Shown piece after piece: positions 9,125 to 19,201 of a DNA stretch of 64,000 nt. The translations under genes were made by a program, and so were the position numbers. Every line of letters begins with the position of its first letter. The stretch's first letter is position 1. Under the pieces are notes generated by a model. The model was given only the letters and a program-made list of their open reading frames with translations, did no database searches and was not told the origin of the DNA. This DNA comes from Candidatus Bathyarchaeia archaeon (lineage in GTDB: Archaea > Thermoproteota > Bathyarchaeia > Bathyarchaeales > Bathycorpusculaceae), in the NCBI GenBank assembly GCA_038883655.1, contig JAVZLQ010000001.1, positions 256,001 to 320,000 on the forward strand, read 5' to 3'.

Positions 9125-9775
9125 ATGCCCTTAGACCAGAAGACAATTTTAAACGCGGTTAAAGAAGCAAAGGAGAAGTCAAAGGAGAGGAACTTCTCCC
9201 AATCAATAGAGCTTGTTCTAAGCCTAAAAGACATTGACATGAAATCTTCTGAAGGCAAACTTCAAGAAATAATTGAACTGCCGTACTTGCCAGGGAAGCA
9301 GAATAAGATATGCGTTATAGCCTCTGGTGAGCTTGCACTTAAAGCGAAAAGGGCGAATGCTGACCTCGTGATTGAAAAGCCGGAACTTGAGGGGTTAGCT
9401 GGTAAGAAAAAGGAATTGCGGAAAATAGCAAACGATTATGACTTCTTCATTGCCGAGGCTCCGTTAATGCCCCTTGTTGGAAAGGTTTTGGGTCCAGTTT
9501 TGGGTCCGCGTGGCAAAATGCCAATTCCAGTTCCGCCTACAGCAGACATTGAAAGTTTACTAGCGAAACATCGTAAAACCGTTGTTATTAGGATGCGCAA
9601 CCAGCCAGTTTTGCAGTGTCGTGTTGGCGCGGAGAACATGAAGGAGGAGGAAATAGCCGAAAATATTCTGGCTGTTTTGAGGGTTGTTGAGGGAAAACTT
9701 AAAAAGGGAATTAAGAACATCAAGTTCGCCTACATAAAAACAACGATGGGCTCCCCCGTCAAAATCAAGCCATGA
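9125..9775 (+). CDS. rpl1: 50S ribosomal protein L1
   Basis: RNFSQSIEL, LGPRGKMP and KTTMG motifs. Confidence 0.97.
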   Translation: MPLDQKTILNAVKEAKEKSKERNFSQSIELVLSLKDIDMKSSEGKLQEIIELPYLPGKQNKICVIASGELALKAKRANADLVIEKPELEGLAGKKKELRKIANDYDFFIAEAPLMPLVGKVLGPVLGPRGKMPIPVPPTADIESLLAKHRKTVVIRMRNQPVLQCRVGAENMKEEEIAENILAVLRVVEGKLKKGIKNIKFAYIKTTMGSPVKIKP

Positions 9776-9779
9776 AGAG

Positions 9780-10673
9780 ATGAAGGCGATGCCATCCCAA
9801 CAAGTCCTACAAGAAAAGGTCAACGAAGTTGAAAGGATAAAACAGCTTCTAACGCGGTACAGGGTTATCGGCGTTGCTGGACTGCAGAAGGTTAGGGCTT
9901 CTCAACTTCAAGAACTCAAAAAAAGCTTGGCAGACAAGGTGCACATGAAAGTCATAAAAAACACGCTTATGAGAATCGCTATTGAGAACTGCAGGGAAAA
10001 GCCAGAACTAAAAAAACTTTGCGAACATTTAACAGGCTCAAACGTGTATTTGTTCACCAACCTAAACCCATTCACATTAGCGCTTATTCTTGAGAAGGGC
10101 AAGGTTAAGACAACAGCTAAGGCGGGTGACACAGCAGCATTCGACGTTATAGTGCCAGCTGGAAACACTGGACAGCCTCCAGGACCAATTATAAGTCAGT
10201 TGAACGCTGTTGGTTTGCCAACACGGATCGAGTCTGGAAGCGTTTGGATTAGCAGGGACACGTTGGTTGTGAGGAAAGGCGAAGTTATTGACGAGCGGTT
10301 AGCAAGCGTATTATCAAAGCTTGGAATAAAACCTGTTGAAGCTGGGCTTTCAATGAAAGTTGTTTATGACAATGGCTTGATAATAACCCAAGAGCATCTC
10401 CAGCTAGACATTAATGGTGTAAAACAAAACATTGAAAGGGCACATTTTGACGCCTTCGCGTTATCCTTAAGCGTAGCTTACCCGACAAAGGAAAACGCAA
10501 TTGCACTATTGCAAATCGCCCACAGAGAGGCGCATGCCCTTTCAATCAATGCTGCCATACCCACGAGGGAAACAATAGCGGATTTAATTAGAAAGGCGCA
10601 TATGCAAATGCTAAGTTTAAGTAGTAGACTGCCCAATTTAGAGGAAAAAGTCGTTTCGGGTGAAAAGCCTTAA
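9780..10673 (+). CDS. rpl10: 50S ribosomal protein L10/P0
   Basis: KNTLM, FTNLNPF and PAGNTG.PPGP motifs. Confidence 0.96.
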   Translation: MKAMPSQQVLQEKVNEVERIKQLLTRYRVIGVAGLQKVRASQLQELKKSLADKVHMKVIKNTLMRIAIENCREKPELKKLCEHLTGSNVYLFTNLNPFTLALILEKGKVKTTAKAGDTAAFDVIVPAGNTGQPPGPIISQLNAVGLPTRIESGSVWISRDTLVVRKGEVIDERLASVLSKLGIKPVEAGLSMKVVYDNGLIITQEHLQLDINGVKQNIERAHFDAFALSLSVAYPTKENAIALLQIAHREAHALSINAAIPTRETIADLIRKAHMQMLSLSSRLPNLEEKVVSGEKP

Positions 10674-10711
10674 AAAGGTTGAAAGTATTTGGAATGAAGA
10701 GGTGAAAAGAT

Positions 10712-11035
10712 ATGGAGTACATTTACGCTGCAATGCTCCTTCACAAGGCTGGAAAACCAATAAACGAAGAAAACCTAACACAAGTTTTGTCAGCCGCAGG
10801 AATAAACGTTGATGCAGTTCGCGTTAAAGCGCTTGTAGCCTCCCTAGCAGAAGTCAACATTGAAGAAGCAATAAAATCAGCTCCAACGATGATGGCTGCT
10901 CCAGTGGCAGCACCAGCTGCAGCAGCGCAATCGGCGGAGGCTAAGCCGAAAGAGGAAGAGAAGAAGAAAAAAGCGGAGGAAGAGAAAGCCAGAGAGGAAG
11001 AAGCCCTGGAAGGCTTAGGAGCATTGTTCGGCTAA
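10712..11035 (+). CDS. rpl12: 50S ribosomal stalk protein L12/P1
   Basis: [11 protein letters not shown]; Ala-rich hinge; GLGALFG C-terminus. Confidence 0.97.
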   Translation: MEYIYAAMLLHKAGKPINEENLTQVLSAAGINVDAVRVKALVASLAEVNIEEAIKSAPTMMAAPVAAPAAAAQSAEAKPKEEEKKKKAEEEKAREEEALEGLGALFG

Positions 11036-12046
11036 ATCTTGGGCGTGTTTCTCTTTACTTTTGATGCTTTTCCAAATTGCGATTGGTATCCAACCGCACA
11101 CAATCATTAGTGTTCCTGGAAAGGCTCTCAGTTCAGTGTTGAGTATGAACGTTTCGAATGCGAAGAAGGATATGCACATGGCGGCTATCGACCAGAGCAT
11201 TGCTTTTTTGCCGAATTTTTTTGCCGTTTGTATTCCGATTATTCCGGCGAAGAAGAAGTCTCCCAACCCTAAAGACATGTAAAGCATGCTTCCGTCAATC
11301 ATTATTGTTGGGACTGTTGGTATTGTTACGAGTATGGGCAACCTTAAGCTTGAAACGTGTCTAGCCGCGGAAACCATTGTGCCAGTAAATAGGACCAAGA
11401 TTACGTCTGCAAGTGTCAGCAGTCCAACGAAAATTAATGTTGTTTTCCACGTGAACACGCTTCCAATATAGATTATCACGAGTATTGCGAATATCACCCC
11501 ATAAGCGTTTATGAGGTAGGAAAACCATGCGGGTGTTCCGCTGAAAAATAGGTATAGGCAGAGGAAAAGTGCTGGCGGCAATATTGCCATGTGAAACCTT
11601 TCTTTTGTGCTTTCCCTCAAGTTTTCGTGTAATAATGCGATGTAGGCAAAGCTTGATAGGCATGTTAGGGCTAGTCCACCATAAGCCACCATGGTGTTTG
11701 TGCCGAATTTGAAAAAGCTTGTTATTGCGGCTACTAGGGATATGGCGAAAAATGTTAGGAAGAATGCTTTTGCTTTTGGCTTTGAAATGTCTGAGAAGAT
11801 GTAGGTGAATAGGAAAAGGAGCATGGAATAGGAGAATAGGAACATCGTCATAACGGCAGTTTGTGGAACAAAAACAATTAAGGAAACTGTTACACTTATT
11901 GCCGCCACAAGCAAAACAGTGTCTTTTACGCCAAACTTTCTCTCTTCCAAAGACTTCTTCAGTTTTCCCTCGCTTTTCTCGCTAAGCATCACGGCTATGA
12001 GCGTAACTGCGAAAAGGGTCAAGGGCATGGCGACGTCGAATTGCAT
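11015..12046 (-). CDS. Presenilin/signal peptide peptidase-like (A22) GxGD intramembrane aspartyl protease, divergent
   Basis: Multi-TM protein; LADVILV (YD equivalent), SLGLGDFF and FPGTL (PAL equivalent). Confidence 0.75.
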   Translation of the reverse strand: MQFDVAMPLTLFAVTLIAVMLSEKSEGKLKKSLEERKFGVKDTVLLVAAISVTVSLIVFVPQTAVMTMFLFSYSMLLFLFTYIFSDISKPKAKAFFLTFFAISLVAAITSFFKFGTNTMVAYGGLALTCLSSFAYIALLHENLRESTKERFHMAILPPALFLCLYLFFSGTPAWFSYLINAYGVIFAILVIIYIGSVFTWKTTLIFVGLLTLADVILVLFTGTMVSAARHVSSLRLPILVTIPTVPTIMIDGSMLYMSLGLGDFFFAGIIGIQTAKKFGKKAMLWSIAAMCISFFAFETFILNTELRAFPGTLMIVCGWIPIAIWKSIKSKEKHAQDLAEQCS

Positions 12047-12071
12047 AGATGCAAAATATGAAAACAAACAT

Positions 12072-12929
12072 TTAAACCTTAGAAGCAAAAGTGATGTTGA
12101 AAATCGCCAAAGTAGCAATTATCGCCTCCTCAGTTCTCACGGTTTCCGTCCCTTGCATTGGAATAGTGTTAACAACAAAGTCCACAATGTCGTCTAAGGC
12201 TAGCCCTTCCAACCTTGCTATTTCGTACAGTCCTTGTGTTGGGGCTCCAAAAATCAAAAGTATGTTTTTGGCTTTTTCCAATTCTCCCCCTATGTCCTCA
12301 GCAACGTCTGAAAAGGGAACACCATATTTGGAGGTTGCAATCGTCAAGTCGAAATCACCTTCCTTCAACATTTTTCCAATCGTTTTCCTTTCAGCAACAA
12401 CATTGTAACCCCAATAATATGGTATCTCTTCGCGACTCGCAGCGGCTACTTCCACTTGCCCGTCAATCCTCGTAACTTTAACTGTTAGGCGCTGGTTTTT
12501 GGCTATTTGTCTATTAGGTATTAGCGCTGTTTTCTCTACACCAATATCTACTCGCGTGCCGTCCTTGTCACTTGATACTGTCACGCCTTCGCGGTACTCA
12601 CCAACCTTCAAATCCTTTATTCTGCGGTTCAGTGGATGATGAGGCGTCCTAAGCGGAGGCAACACCCCAGCATATTTCAATTGTGGCTTCAGTTTAAAAA
12701 GTCGTTTTCTCAAATATTGCGGAGTTTCCATATAAGCGAGTAGTGTGGCAATCAAATTCATGTCTGCAGCTTGTTTAACATTTGGATTATCCATATAAAT
12801 TATGATTTCGTTAATCCTAAAGATTGCTGATGCTCTTCCAATCAAACCTATTTTGGCAGTTTTTTCCCGTAAGTGTGGAGTGTCGGAAACAACCGATGCT
12901 GGTATAGCTATGGAAATTTTCTTCTTCAA
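12072..12929 (-). CDS. SPOUT-family RNA methyltransferase (DUF171/MTH1-like)
   Basis: SIAIPAS, ETPQYLRK, LPPLRTPHH and NTIP.QGTETVRTEEA. Confidence 0.9.
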   Translation of the reverse strand: MKKKISIAIPASVVSDTPHLREKTAKIGLIGRASAIFRINEIIIYMDNPNVKQAADMNLIATLLAYMETPQYLRKRLFKLKPQLKYAGVLPPLRTPHHPLNRRIKDLKVGEYREGVTVSSDKDGTRVDIGVEKTALIPNRQIAKNQRLTVKVTRIDGQVEVAAASREEIPYYWGYNVVAERKTIGKMLKEGDFDLTIATSKYGVPFSDVAEDIGGELEKAKNILLIFGAPTQGLYEIARLEGLALDDIVDFVVNTIPMQGTETVRTEEAIIATLAIFNITFASKV

Positions 12930-13034
12930 GACTTGCTCCCGATCAATAGGTAATTGGTTAGTTTTGCTTAAAAGATTTGATAAATAGCCTAAAACATAAT
13001 AGGTTATGCCGCAGAGTTTAATAGGTGAACTAAG

Positions 13035-14144
13035 TTGTCGAAAAGCGAAATTCTTGATGATTTAAGCGAGATTAAAAAGATTGACAAAAGTAACATGCTT
13101 TCGTTCTGTGTTGACTTCGCAAAACATTGTGAAGAGGCAGTAAAACTAGCCAAAAATGTGAATTTAAGCTATCCAAAACCAGAGGCAATAATTGTTGCTG
13201 GTATGGGCGGTTCTGCCATAAGCGGTGAACTGCTGAAAGACTGGGCTAGAGAGAAAGTCGCTGTTCCAATTGAAGTTTGCCGCGAATATTCCCTACCTGC
13301 ATATGCAAACCGTAGAACGCTTGTTTTCGTAATAAGCTATTCTGGAGAAACCGAGGAGTCGCTAAGTGTTTACTTGGACGCAATTAAAAAGAAGTGTATG
13401 ACTGTATGCCTAAGCTCTGGCGGCACGCTGCAAAAATTCGCGGAGAAAATGGAAGTGCCAAATTTAACTGTTCCTTCTGGCATCGCCCCAAGAGCAGCGC
13501 TTCCTTACCTGTTTGTGCCCTTACCAATATTTTTGGGGAAGTTTAACCTAGTCTCTGGGGTTAACTCTGAAATTTCAGAAGCCCTAAACTTGTTAAAAGT
13601 TGTATGCGCTGCAAATGTTCCGGACAAGCCTTTAAAAGAGAACTTTTCCAAGAAACTCGCTTTGGATATTTATGGCACAGTTCCAGTGATTTATGGTTTT
13701 GGCATTTATCGTGCGGTTGCCCAGCGCCTCAAACAACAATTTAACGAGAACAGTAAGATTCTGTCAAAATGGGAAAGTTTTCCAGAAATTAACCACAATG
13801 AAATTGTCGGCTGGGAATCCGCTGAAGAGTTTGCAAGGCTTTTCTCGGTTATTTTCCTTAGAGATGCCTCTGAGCCGGAAGCCATACGCGAAAGGATTGT
13901 AGTTACGCAGGAGTTGATAAGTAAGGCATTTGTCAAAACTTTTGAGATACATGGCATCGGCAAAGGTGTTTTGGCTAGAATGTTATCCGCTGTTTGCATG
14001 GGCGATTTCGTGTCGGTTTATTTGGCTATACTCCGCGGTTTAGACCCAACACCTGTCAAAACAATAGCCTTATTGAAGGATAGAATGAAGCGTGTTGGCG
14101 TTAGGGAAAAAGTGATAAGTGAACTGCAAAAGCTCGTAAAGTGA
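13035..14144 (+). CDS. Bifunctional phosphoglucose/phosphomannose isomerase
   Basis: GMGGSA, SYSGETEE, PRAA, ENSK and PE.NHNE motifs. Confidence 0.92.
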   Translation: MSKSEILDDLSEIKKIDKSNMLSFCVDFAKHCEEAVKLAKNVNLSYPKPEAIIVAGMGGSAISGELLKDWAREKVAVPIEVCREYSLPAYANRRTLVFVISYSGETEESLSVYLDAIKKKCMTVCLSSGGTLQKFAEKMEVPNLTVPSGIAPRAALPYLFVPLPIFLGKFNLVSGVNSEISEALNLLKVVCAANVPDKPLKENFSKKLALDIYGTVPVIYGFGIYRAVAQRLKQQFNENSKILSKWESFPEINHNEIVGWESAEEFARLFSVIFLRDASEPEAIRERIVVTQELISKAFVKTFEIHGIGKGVLARMLSAVCMGDFVSVYLAILRGLDPTPVKTIALLKDRMKRVGVREKVISELQKLVK

Positions 14145-15221
14145 TTAGGTTTTCCCAGAGATAAAATCATCAAACATTTTTTCAGCTTCTTCTATTGGTA
14201 AGAGTTTAGGCGGATTTTTGAAGGCGTAGGCGCAAATTGGTAACACAGCCCCCTTCATTCCTCTGTTCAAAGCTATTTTTACAGCTCTTATCACGTCGAA
14301 GAGGACCGAACCAGCGTTTGGCGCGTCAACTGTTGAAAGCTTCAAGTCTATCTGCATGGGCGTGTTACAGAAGTAGAAGCCCCTAATCCAGAAGTAGCTG
14401 TCCCTTCTGTTATCTAGAAAATCAACGTAGTCCATTGAGCCAGCGACAACCTCTGCCTTATACGGCAAGGCAGCCTCAACAGAACGCGTTTTAACAACAC
14501 GCTTAACCTCTTTTGTACGCTCCAAAGTATCTAAGGATTCTGTGCCCCCGCCAACATCAAGCTGATATGTTTCAGTTACGCGAACGCCATGCATTGACAA
14601 GAGCCTCAACAAAGTTTTATGCAAAGTTGTCGCTCCCACCTGGTCGATTAAGTCGTCGCCGACAACTGGAAGTCTCGCTCTCTCAAATTTTTCAACCCAT
14701 GCTTTGTCGCTTGCTATGAAAGCTGGCGTTGCATTGATGAAGGCGCACCCAGCGCTTAATGCTTGTTCAGCATACCATTGAGAAGCCTTCAAGGCTCCGC
14801 TTGGGAGCAGATTTAACATAATCTCAGCACCGCTTTCCTCAAGAGTCCTCTTAACATTTGCTTCTGGCTGACCGCTTATTTGAACAACTTTCTTCGTGTA
14901 TTCCCCGACGCCATCAAGGACTGGCCCCTTCTGCACAACTATGCCCATCAGCGGAACATCAACTATTTTTGGAGCGTTGTTTGGCTGTGCAAATATCGCT
15001 TGAGCTAAATCCATCCCAACTTTTCGGCTGTCTATATCGAATGCCGCAACAACTTGTATATCTCTTGGATGTAATCCGCCCAAAAAGAGGTGGCGTAATC
15101 CCAAGTCTTCTCTCTCTTTCTCGCAGTTGCAATAGTATCTTAAGCCTTGAATTAAAGCAGATGCACAATTTCCAACACCTGCTATCGCCACTTTTATCTT
15201 CGGCAATTTGAGTTCCTCCAA
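14145..15221 (-). CDS. ino1: Myo-inositol-1-phosphate synthase family protein
   Basis: GVGNCASAL, GDD..DQVGAT..H, YQL.VGG and DAPNAG motifs. Confidence 0.85.
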   Translation of the reverse strand: MEELKLPKIKVAIAGVGNCASALIQGLRYYCNCEKEREDLGLRHLFLGGLHPRDIQVVAAFDIDSRKVGMDLAQAIFAQPNNAPKIVDVPLMGIVVQKGPVLDGVGEYTKKVVQISGQPEANVKRTLEESGAEIMLNLLPSGALKASQWYAEQALSAGCAFINATPAFIASDKAWVEKFERARLPVVGDDLIDQVGATTLHKTLLRLLSMHGVRVTETYQLDVGGGTESLDTLERTKEVKRVVKTRSVEAALPYKAEVVAGSMDYVDFLDNRRDSYFWIRGFYFCNTPMQIDLKLSTVDAPNAGSVLFDVIRAVKIALNRGMKGAVLPICAYAFKNPPKLLPIEEAEKMFDDFISGKT

Positions 15222-15365
15222 ACTTGCATTTCATATTTCACGGCTGCTTTATAAAACGCTATGCTCTAAGATAGCTTAAGGGCAAGATTAAAGTGGCAGG
15301 TAATTCGGTTTAAGCTAAAACTTTACTATTGATTTCTCTCTTTAATGCATAGAGGCTGTTGAAGG

Positions 15366-15596
15366 ATGAAAGCTTACTTGGACGTGGCTGTTTTGCGCTG
15401 TCCAGATTGCGGGCGCTTTTATGTTGATGCATCATGGTATGTTATTGAAATGGAGTCCGACATCAAGTGCGGAAGCTGCAAGGCAGAATTTAACAGTAAA
15501 AAGAACGCGATGGATAGAGTTCTGCTCGAGTTTCAAGTTGACGATAATGGTAAGATAGAAAAAGTGAAAATAGCTGAACATTTAAAACTAGAATAA
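15366..15596 (+). CDS. Small CPxCG zinc-ribbon protein
   Basis: CPDCG...CGSC motif; 76 aa. Confidence 0.7.
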   Translation: MKAYLDVAVLRCPDCGRFYVDASWYVIEMESDIKCGSCKAEFNSKKNAMDRVLLEFQVDDNGKIEKVKIAEHLKLE

Positions 15597-15650
15597 CGCT
15601 TATGCTGTGGTAAGGCTTAGGCTTAAAGAGCCTAGAGAGGCTGAACAGAA

Positions 15651-17411
15651 TTGGCAAACGAGAAGTCACGAGACAAATTCACTTTGATCAGCGAACTAGC
15701 ACGTAGAAGAGGCTTCTTCTGGCAGTCATACGAGATATACGGTGGAGTTGGAGGCTTTGCAACGTATGGTCCACTTGGGGCAAAACTTAAACAGAACATT
15801 GAGAAGAAACTTCGGGAACTGTTTGTGAATAAACTTGGAATTTTGGAAATCGAGTCTCCAATAATCGCTCCAAGCAAGGTTTTCGAGGCTTCTGGGCATG
15901 TCGAGCACTTTAAAGAGCCTATGGTTGAATGTTTGAAATGCAAGAAAAGGTTTCGCGCCGACCATCTGCTCCAAGAGTTCACTGGAATGGGAGAAACCGA
16001 AACGGAGAAAATGAGTTTAAAGGAGATACAAGCGGCTATTGAAAAGAATGATGTTCGATGTCCAGAATGTGACGGCAAACTAGGCGAACCAAAGCATTTT
16101 CTAACAATGTTCCAAACCACCATTGGCCCATACTCTGAAGCTGTCGGTTATGGCAGGCCAGAAGCAGCGCAAGGGATATTTGTGGAGTTTAAACGCCTTT
16201 ACGAAATGGCTAGGGAGAAAATTCCCTTCGGCGTTTTGCAGATCGGTCATGCTTTGCGGAACGAGATATCGCCTAGACAGAGCCTAATAAGGCTAAGAGA
16301 GTTCACAATAGCCGATTTAGAGTTCTTTTTCGACCCAGAAGAGCCAAACTGCCACTTGCTGAAGGACGTGGAAAACGAAAAAATAAGACTTGTCTTAGCT
16401 GAACATAAACTGAAGGGTTCAGAGAAAATAACAGAGCTAACCGTAAAGGAGGCGTTAGCTAAAGGCTACATTAAGGCGGAGTGGCAAGCAGTCTTCATGG
16501 CTTACGCAAAAAAGCTTCTATGCGATTTAGGTGTCCCAGAAGAAAAGCAACGTTTCATAGAAAAGCTTCCATGGGAAAGAGCCCACTACTCGATTCAAAG
16601 CTTCGACCAGCAAGTTTACGTTGAACGTTGGGGCTGGGTTGAAGTTTCTGGGCACGCCTACCGAACTGACTACGATTTGAGGAGACATATGGAATTTAGT
16701 GGCGAGGATATGCGCATATACAAGGAATATGAGAAACCATTCGAGAAAGAGCAACTCGCAATAAAGCCATTAGTGGCGAAGCTTGGACCAATCTATAAGG
16801 ACGAAACAGCGAAGATTTTGGAAGCGCTCTCAAAAGCCGACCCGAAAGAAGTTGAAGCAGCATTCAATAAAAACGGCTATTACGCCATCGGAAAATACAA
16901 GATTCTGCCAGAACACGTGGAAATAGTCCGCCAAAAAGTTGTTGAGCGGGGAAAACGCTTTATTCCACATGTTGTTGAGCCAAGTTTCGGCTCGGATAGA
17001 CTATTTTATGTGGCGCTTGAATATGCTTACCGCGTGAAGGATGACCGAACAATTCTGAGTTTTCCAAGAGACATAGCGCCAATACAGCTTGGCGTTTACC
17101 CACTAGTCAACAAGAATGGAATACCTGAAAAGGCGCTGGAATTGCACAAATCTTTGGTAGATGAAGGTTTCACGGCGGAATATGATGATGCGGGCTCTAT
17201 TGGTAGGCGATATGCCCGCGCTGACGAGGTTGGCATACCATTGGGCATAACTGTTGACTATGAAACGTTAAAAGACGACACGGTTACAGTGCGCGACAGA
17301 GACACTTGGAAACAGGTCAGAACTGCAATCAAGGATTTGCCCAGGCTTTTGCATGAATATTTTAAGTGGAAGATAAATTTTGAGGATTTAGGCAAGCCTA
17401 TAGAATCGTAA
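15651..17411 (+). CDS. glyS: Glycyl-tRNA synthetase (archaeal/eukaryotic type)
   Basis: RPEAAQG, RNEISPR, EPSFG and GSIGRRYAR.DE.G motifs. Confidence 0.96.
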   Translation: MANEKSRDKFTLISELARRRGFFWQSYEIYGGVGGFATYGPLGAKLKQNIEKKLRELFVNKLGILEIESPIIAPSKVFEASGHVEHFKEPMVECLKCKKRFRADHLLQEFTGMGETETEKMSLKEIQAAIEKNDVRCPECDGKLGEPKHFLTMFQTTIGPYSEAVGYGRPEAAQGIFVEFKRLYEMAREKIPFGVLQIGHALRNEISPRQSLIRLREFTIADLEFFFDPEEPNCHLLKDVENEKIRLVLAEHKLKGSEKITELTVKEALAKGYIKAEWQAVFMAYAKKLLCDLGVPEEKQRFIEKLPWERAHYSIQSFDQQVYVERWGWVEVSGHAYRTDYDLRRHMEFSGEDMRIYKEYEKPFEKEQLAIKPLVAKLGPIYKDETAKILEALSKADPKEVEAAFNKNGYYAIGKYKILPEHVEIVRQKVVERGKRFIPHVVEPSFGSDRLFYVALEYAYRVKDDRTILSFPRDIAPIQLGVYPLVNKNGIPEKALELHKSLVDEGFTAEYDDAGSIGRRYARADEVGIPLGITVDYETLKDDTVTVRDRDTWKQVRTAIKDLPRLLHEYFKWKINFEDLGKPIES

Positions 17412-17486
17412 GTCGACGCTAGCTTTTTTAACACTTAAACACATCATATGGTGAGGAAAACCCTGTAAATTGTTGGGCGGGAAAGC

Positions 17487-18146
17487 GTGATGCTGCCAGC
17501 GGAAACCGAAGAGCGTGTAAAACGAAGGGCTTTAAGCGTTTGCCAAGAACACCTCAGAAAGGTTTTAGACGTCGCCAGAAAAGTTCCACAAATGATGGAC
17601 TGCTTCATAAAAAACGACAAGGAAAAGGCAAAGCAACTCTTTATAGAAATCAGAAAGAATGAGGATGAAGTTGATAATGCGAGACGCCTTGTCTCGCAAG
17701 AACTCGCCGAAATAGGAGCAATTCTCATCAGCCGAGAAGACTTTTTAAGGTTTACAAACCTGACAAGCGAAATTGCCGATTTCTCCGAGGGAATAGCCTT
17801 TCGCCTTGTCGAAATAATGGAGCATGGATGGAACGTTCCGTCAGAAATCAAGAAAGACTTGTTAAAGCTTTCGGAAGCTGTTTTGGACGCTGTGATTAAG
17901 CTTAGGGAAACAGCGATGGTTCTGACATACGGGTCTTCTAAGGCTATGGAAAAAGCTAAGGATGTTGAGGTTGCAGAGCGAGCCGTTGACGAGCTTTATC
18001 GGGAGCTTGAAATTAAACTATTAAACAGTAAACTCGAGTTTCCAGCATTGATATTGCTTAGGGACATTCTGCAACTTTTGGAGGATTCAGCTGACAAGGC
18101 TGAAGATGCCGCTGATGCAGCGCGAATCCTGTCCTTTATTATGTGA
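17487..18146 (+). CDS. DUF47/PhoU-like helical protein
   Basis: Two E..(V/A)D helical repeats; SREDF...IAD; ADKAEDAAD. Confidence 0.8.
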   Translation: MMLPAETEERVKRRALSVCQEHLRKVLDVARKVPQMMDCFIKNDKEKAKQLFIEIRKNEDEVDNARRLVSQELAEIGAILISREDFLRFTNLTSEIADFSEGIAFRLVEIMEHGWNVPSEIKKDLLKLSEAVLDAVIKLRETAMVLTYGSSKAMEKAKDVEVAERAVDELYRELEIKLLNSKLEFPALILLRDILQLLEDSADKAEDAADAARILSFIM

Positions 18147-18165
18147 GAAAAGGCGAAAAGCCGAA

Positions 18166-18723
18166 ATGCCAAAAAAGATAGAAGTAGAGTTCATCGAAAA
18201 TTTCCTTGTAGTGTGGAACCCCACAGATGGGTCTGAACTCTACAAAATGGGGTTTTACGGTAAACCAGTTGGCATACCAAAACCAAAAGTTCCGGAGTTT
18301 AAGGTACCGCTAATCCTAGATTTGATGGAAGGGCTGTACTTAGCTGAAAAGAAAATTATAACAATTTACGAGGGCGAAGAAAAGCGAAAAGTTAGCCTTA
18401 AAACTTTGAGGCAGAGAGCCCGACGACTATACGAGGAGTTTGATGAGAAATACACGGTTTACCGCGACCTACGCGACAAGGGGCTTGTCGTTACTCCTGG
18501 AATAAAGTTTGGATGCGACTTCGCAGTTTACAAGCATGGACCAGGAATTGAACACGCGCCCTACATGGTTTCTGTTAAAAGCGCCAAATCCGAAATAACA
18601 GCCACAGAAATAGTTAAGGCCGGAAGACTCGCAACAACAGTCCGCAAAAGGTTCATAATTGCTGTGCCAGACCTTGAAAAGGGAAGGGTGCGCTACCTAA
18701 TGTTCAAATGGTTTAAGGCGTAA
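18166..18723 (+). CDS. endA: tRNA-splicing endonuclease, catalytic subunit
   Basis: VYRDLR..G..V.PGIKFGCDFAVY, EHAPY and GRLATTVRK (Tyr/His/Lys triad). Confidence 0.93.
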   Translation: MPKKIEVEFIENFLVVWNPTDGSELYKMGFYGKPVGIPKPKVPEFKVPLILDLMEGLYLAEKKIITIYEGEEKRKVSLKTLRQRARRLYEEFDEKYTVYRDLRDKGLVVTPGIKFGCDFAVYKHGPGIEHAPYMVSVKSAKSEITATEIVKAGRLATTVRKRFIIAVPDLEKGRVRYLMFKWFKA

Positions 18724-18725
18724 GC

Positions 18726-19199
18726 CTACCGAGTCTCGCTAAAAATCACCTTAAGCAGTTCTTCTTCCAATGTAGGCTCTTTTGGGTTTTCAATAATCCT
18801 TCCAATTTCATTGCCTTTTGTGTCGAACACGATTATTAGGGGAATTTTGTCAACGTCAAACGTTTCAACCTCTGGCGGTGAAGGCGGAACCCGCCACTTT
18901 CTAGCCTTGCTTAGTGGGTCTTTTTTCAAACCGCCAAAAACCCTAACCTCCAAGCCAGTCTCTTCTGATATAAGGGCTAACACTGGAATGTTTGCTGCAC
19001 AGTCCTTGCACCACTCCGCTGAAAATGCAACCACAAAATATTTTTTCGCAAACTGCTTAAGCCTACCCACAACTTCCTGTTTGAGCTGGTAATTTTCCTT
19101 TCTTGTTAAGAATTTCTTTCGAAAATCACCCTCAAGCCTTTCTATGTAATCGCTTACTGTAAGGGTTTTCTTTCTAATTTCCGCCAAATTCACGTTCAT
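18726..19199 (-). CDS. Thioredoxin-family protein
   Basis: WCKDC motif; cis-Pro loop KIP; GRIIENP. Confidence 0.85.
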   Translation of the reverse strand: MNVNLAEIRKKTLTVSDYIERLEGDFRKKFLTRKENYQLKQEVVGRLKQFAKKYFVVAFSAEWCKDCAANIPVLALISEETGLEVRVFGGLKKDPLSKARKWRVPPSPPEVETFDVDKIPLIIVFDTKGNEIGRIIENPKEPTLEEELLKVIFSETR

Positions 19200-19201
19200 T
19201 T

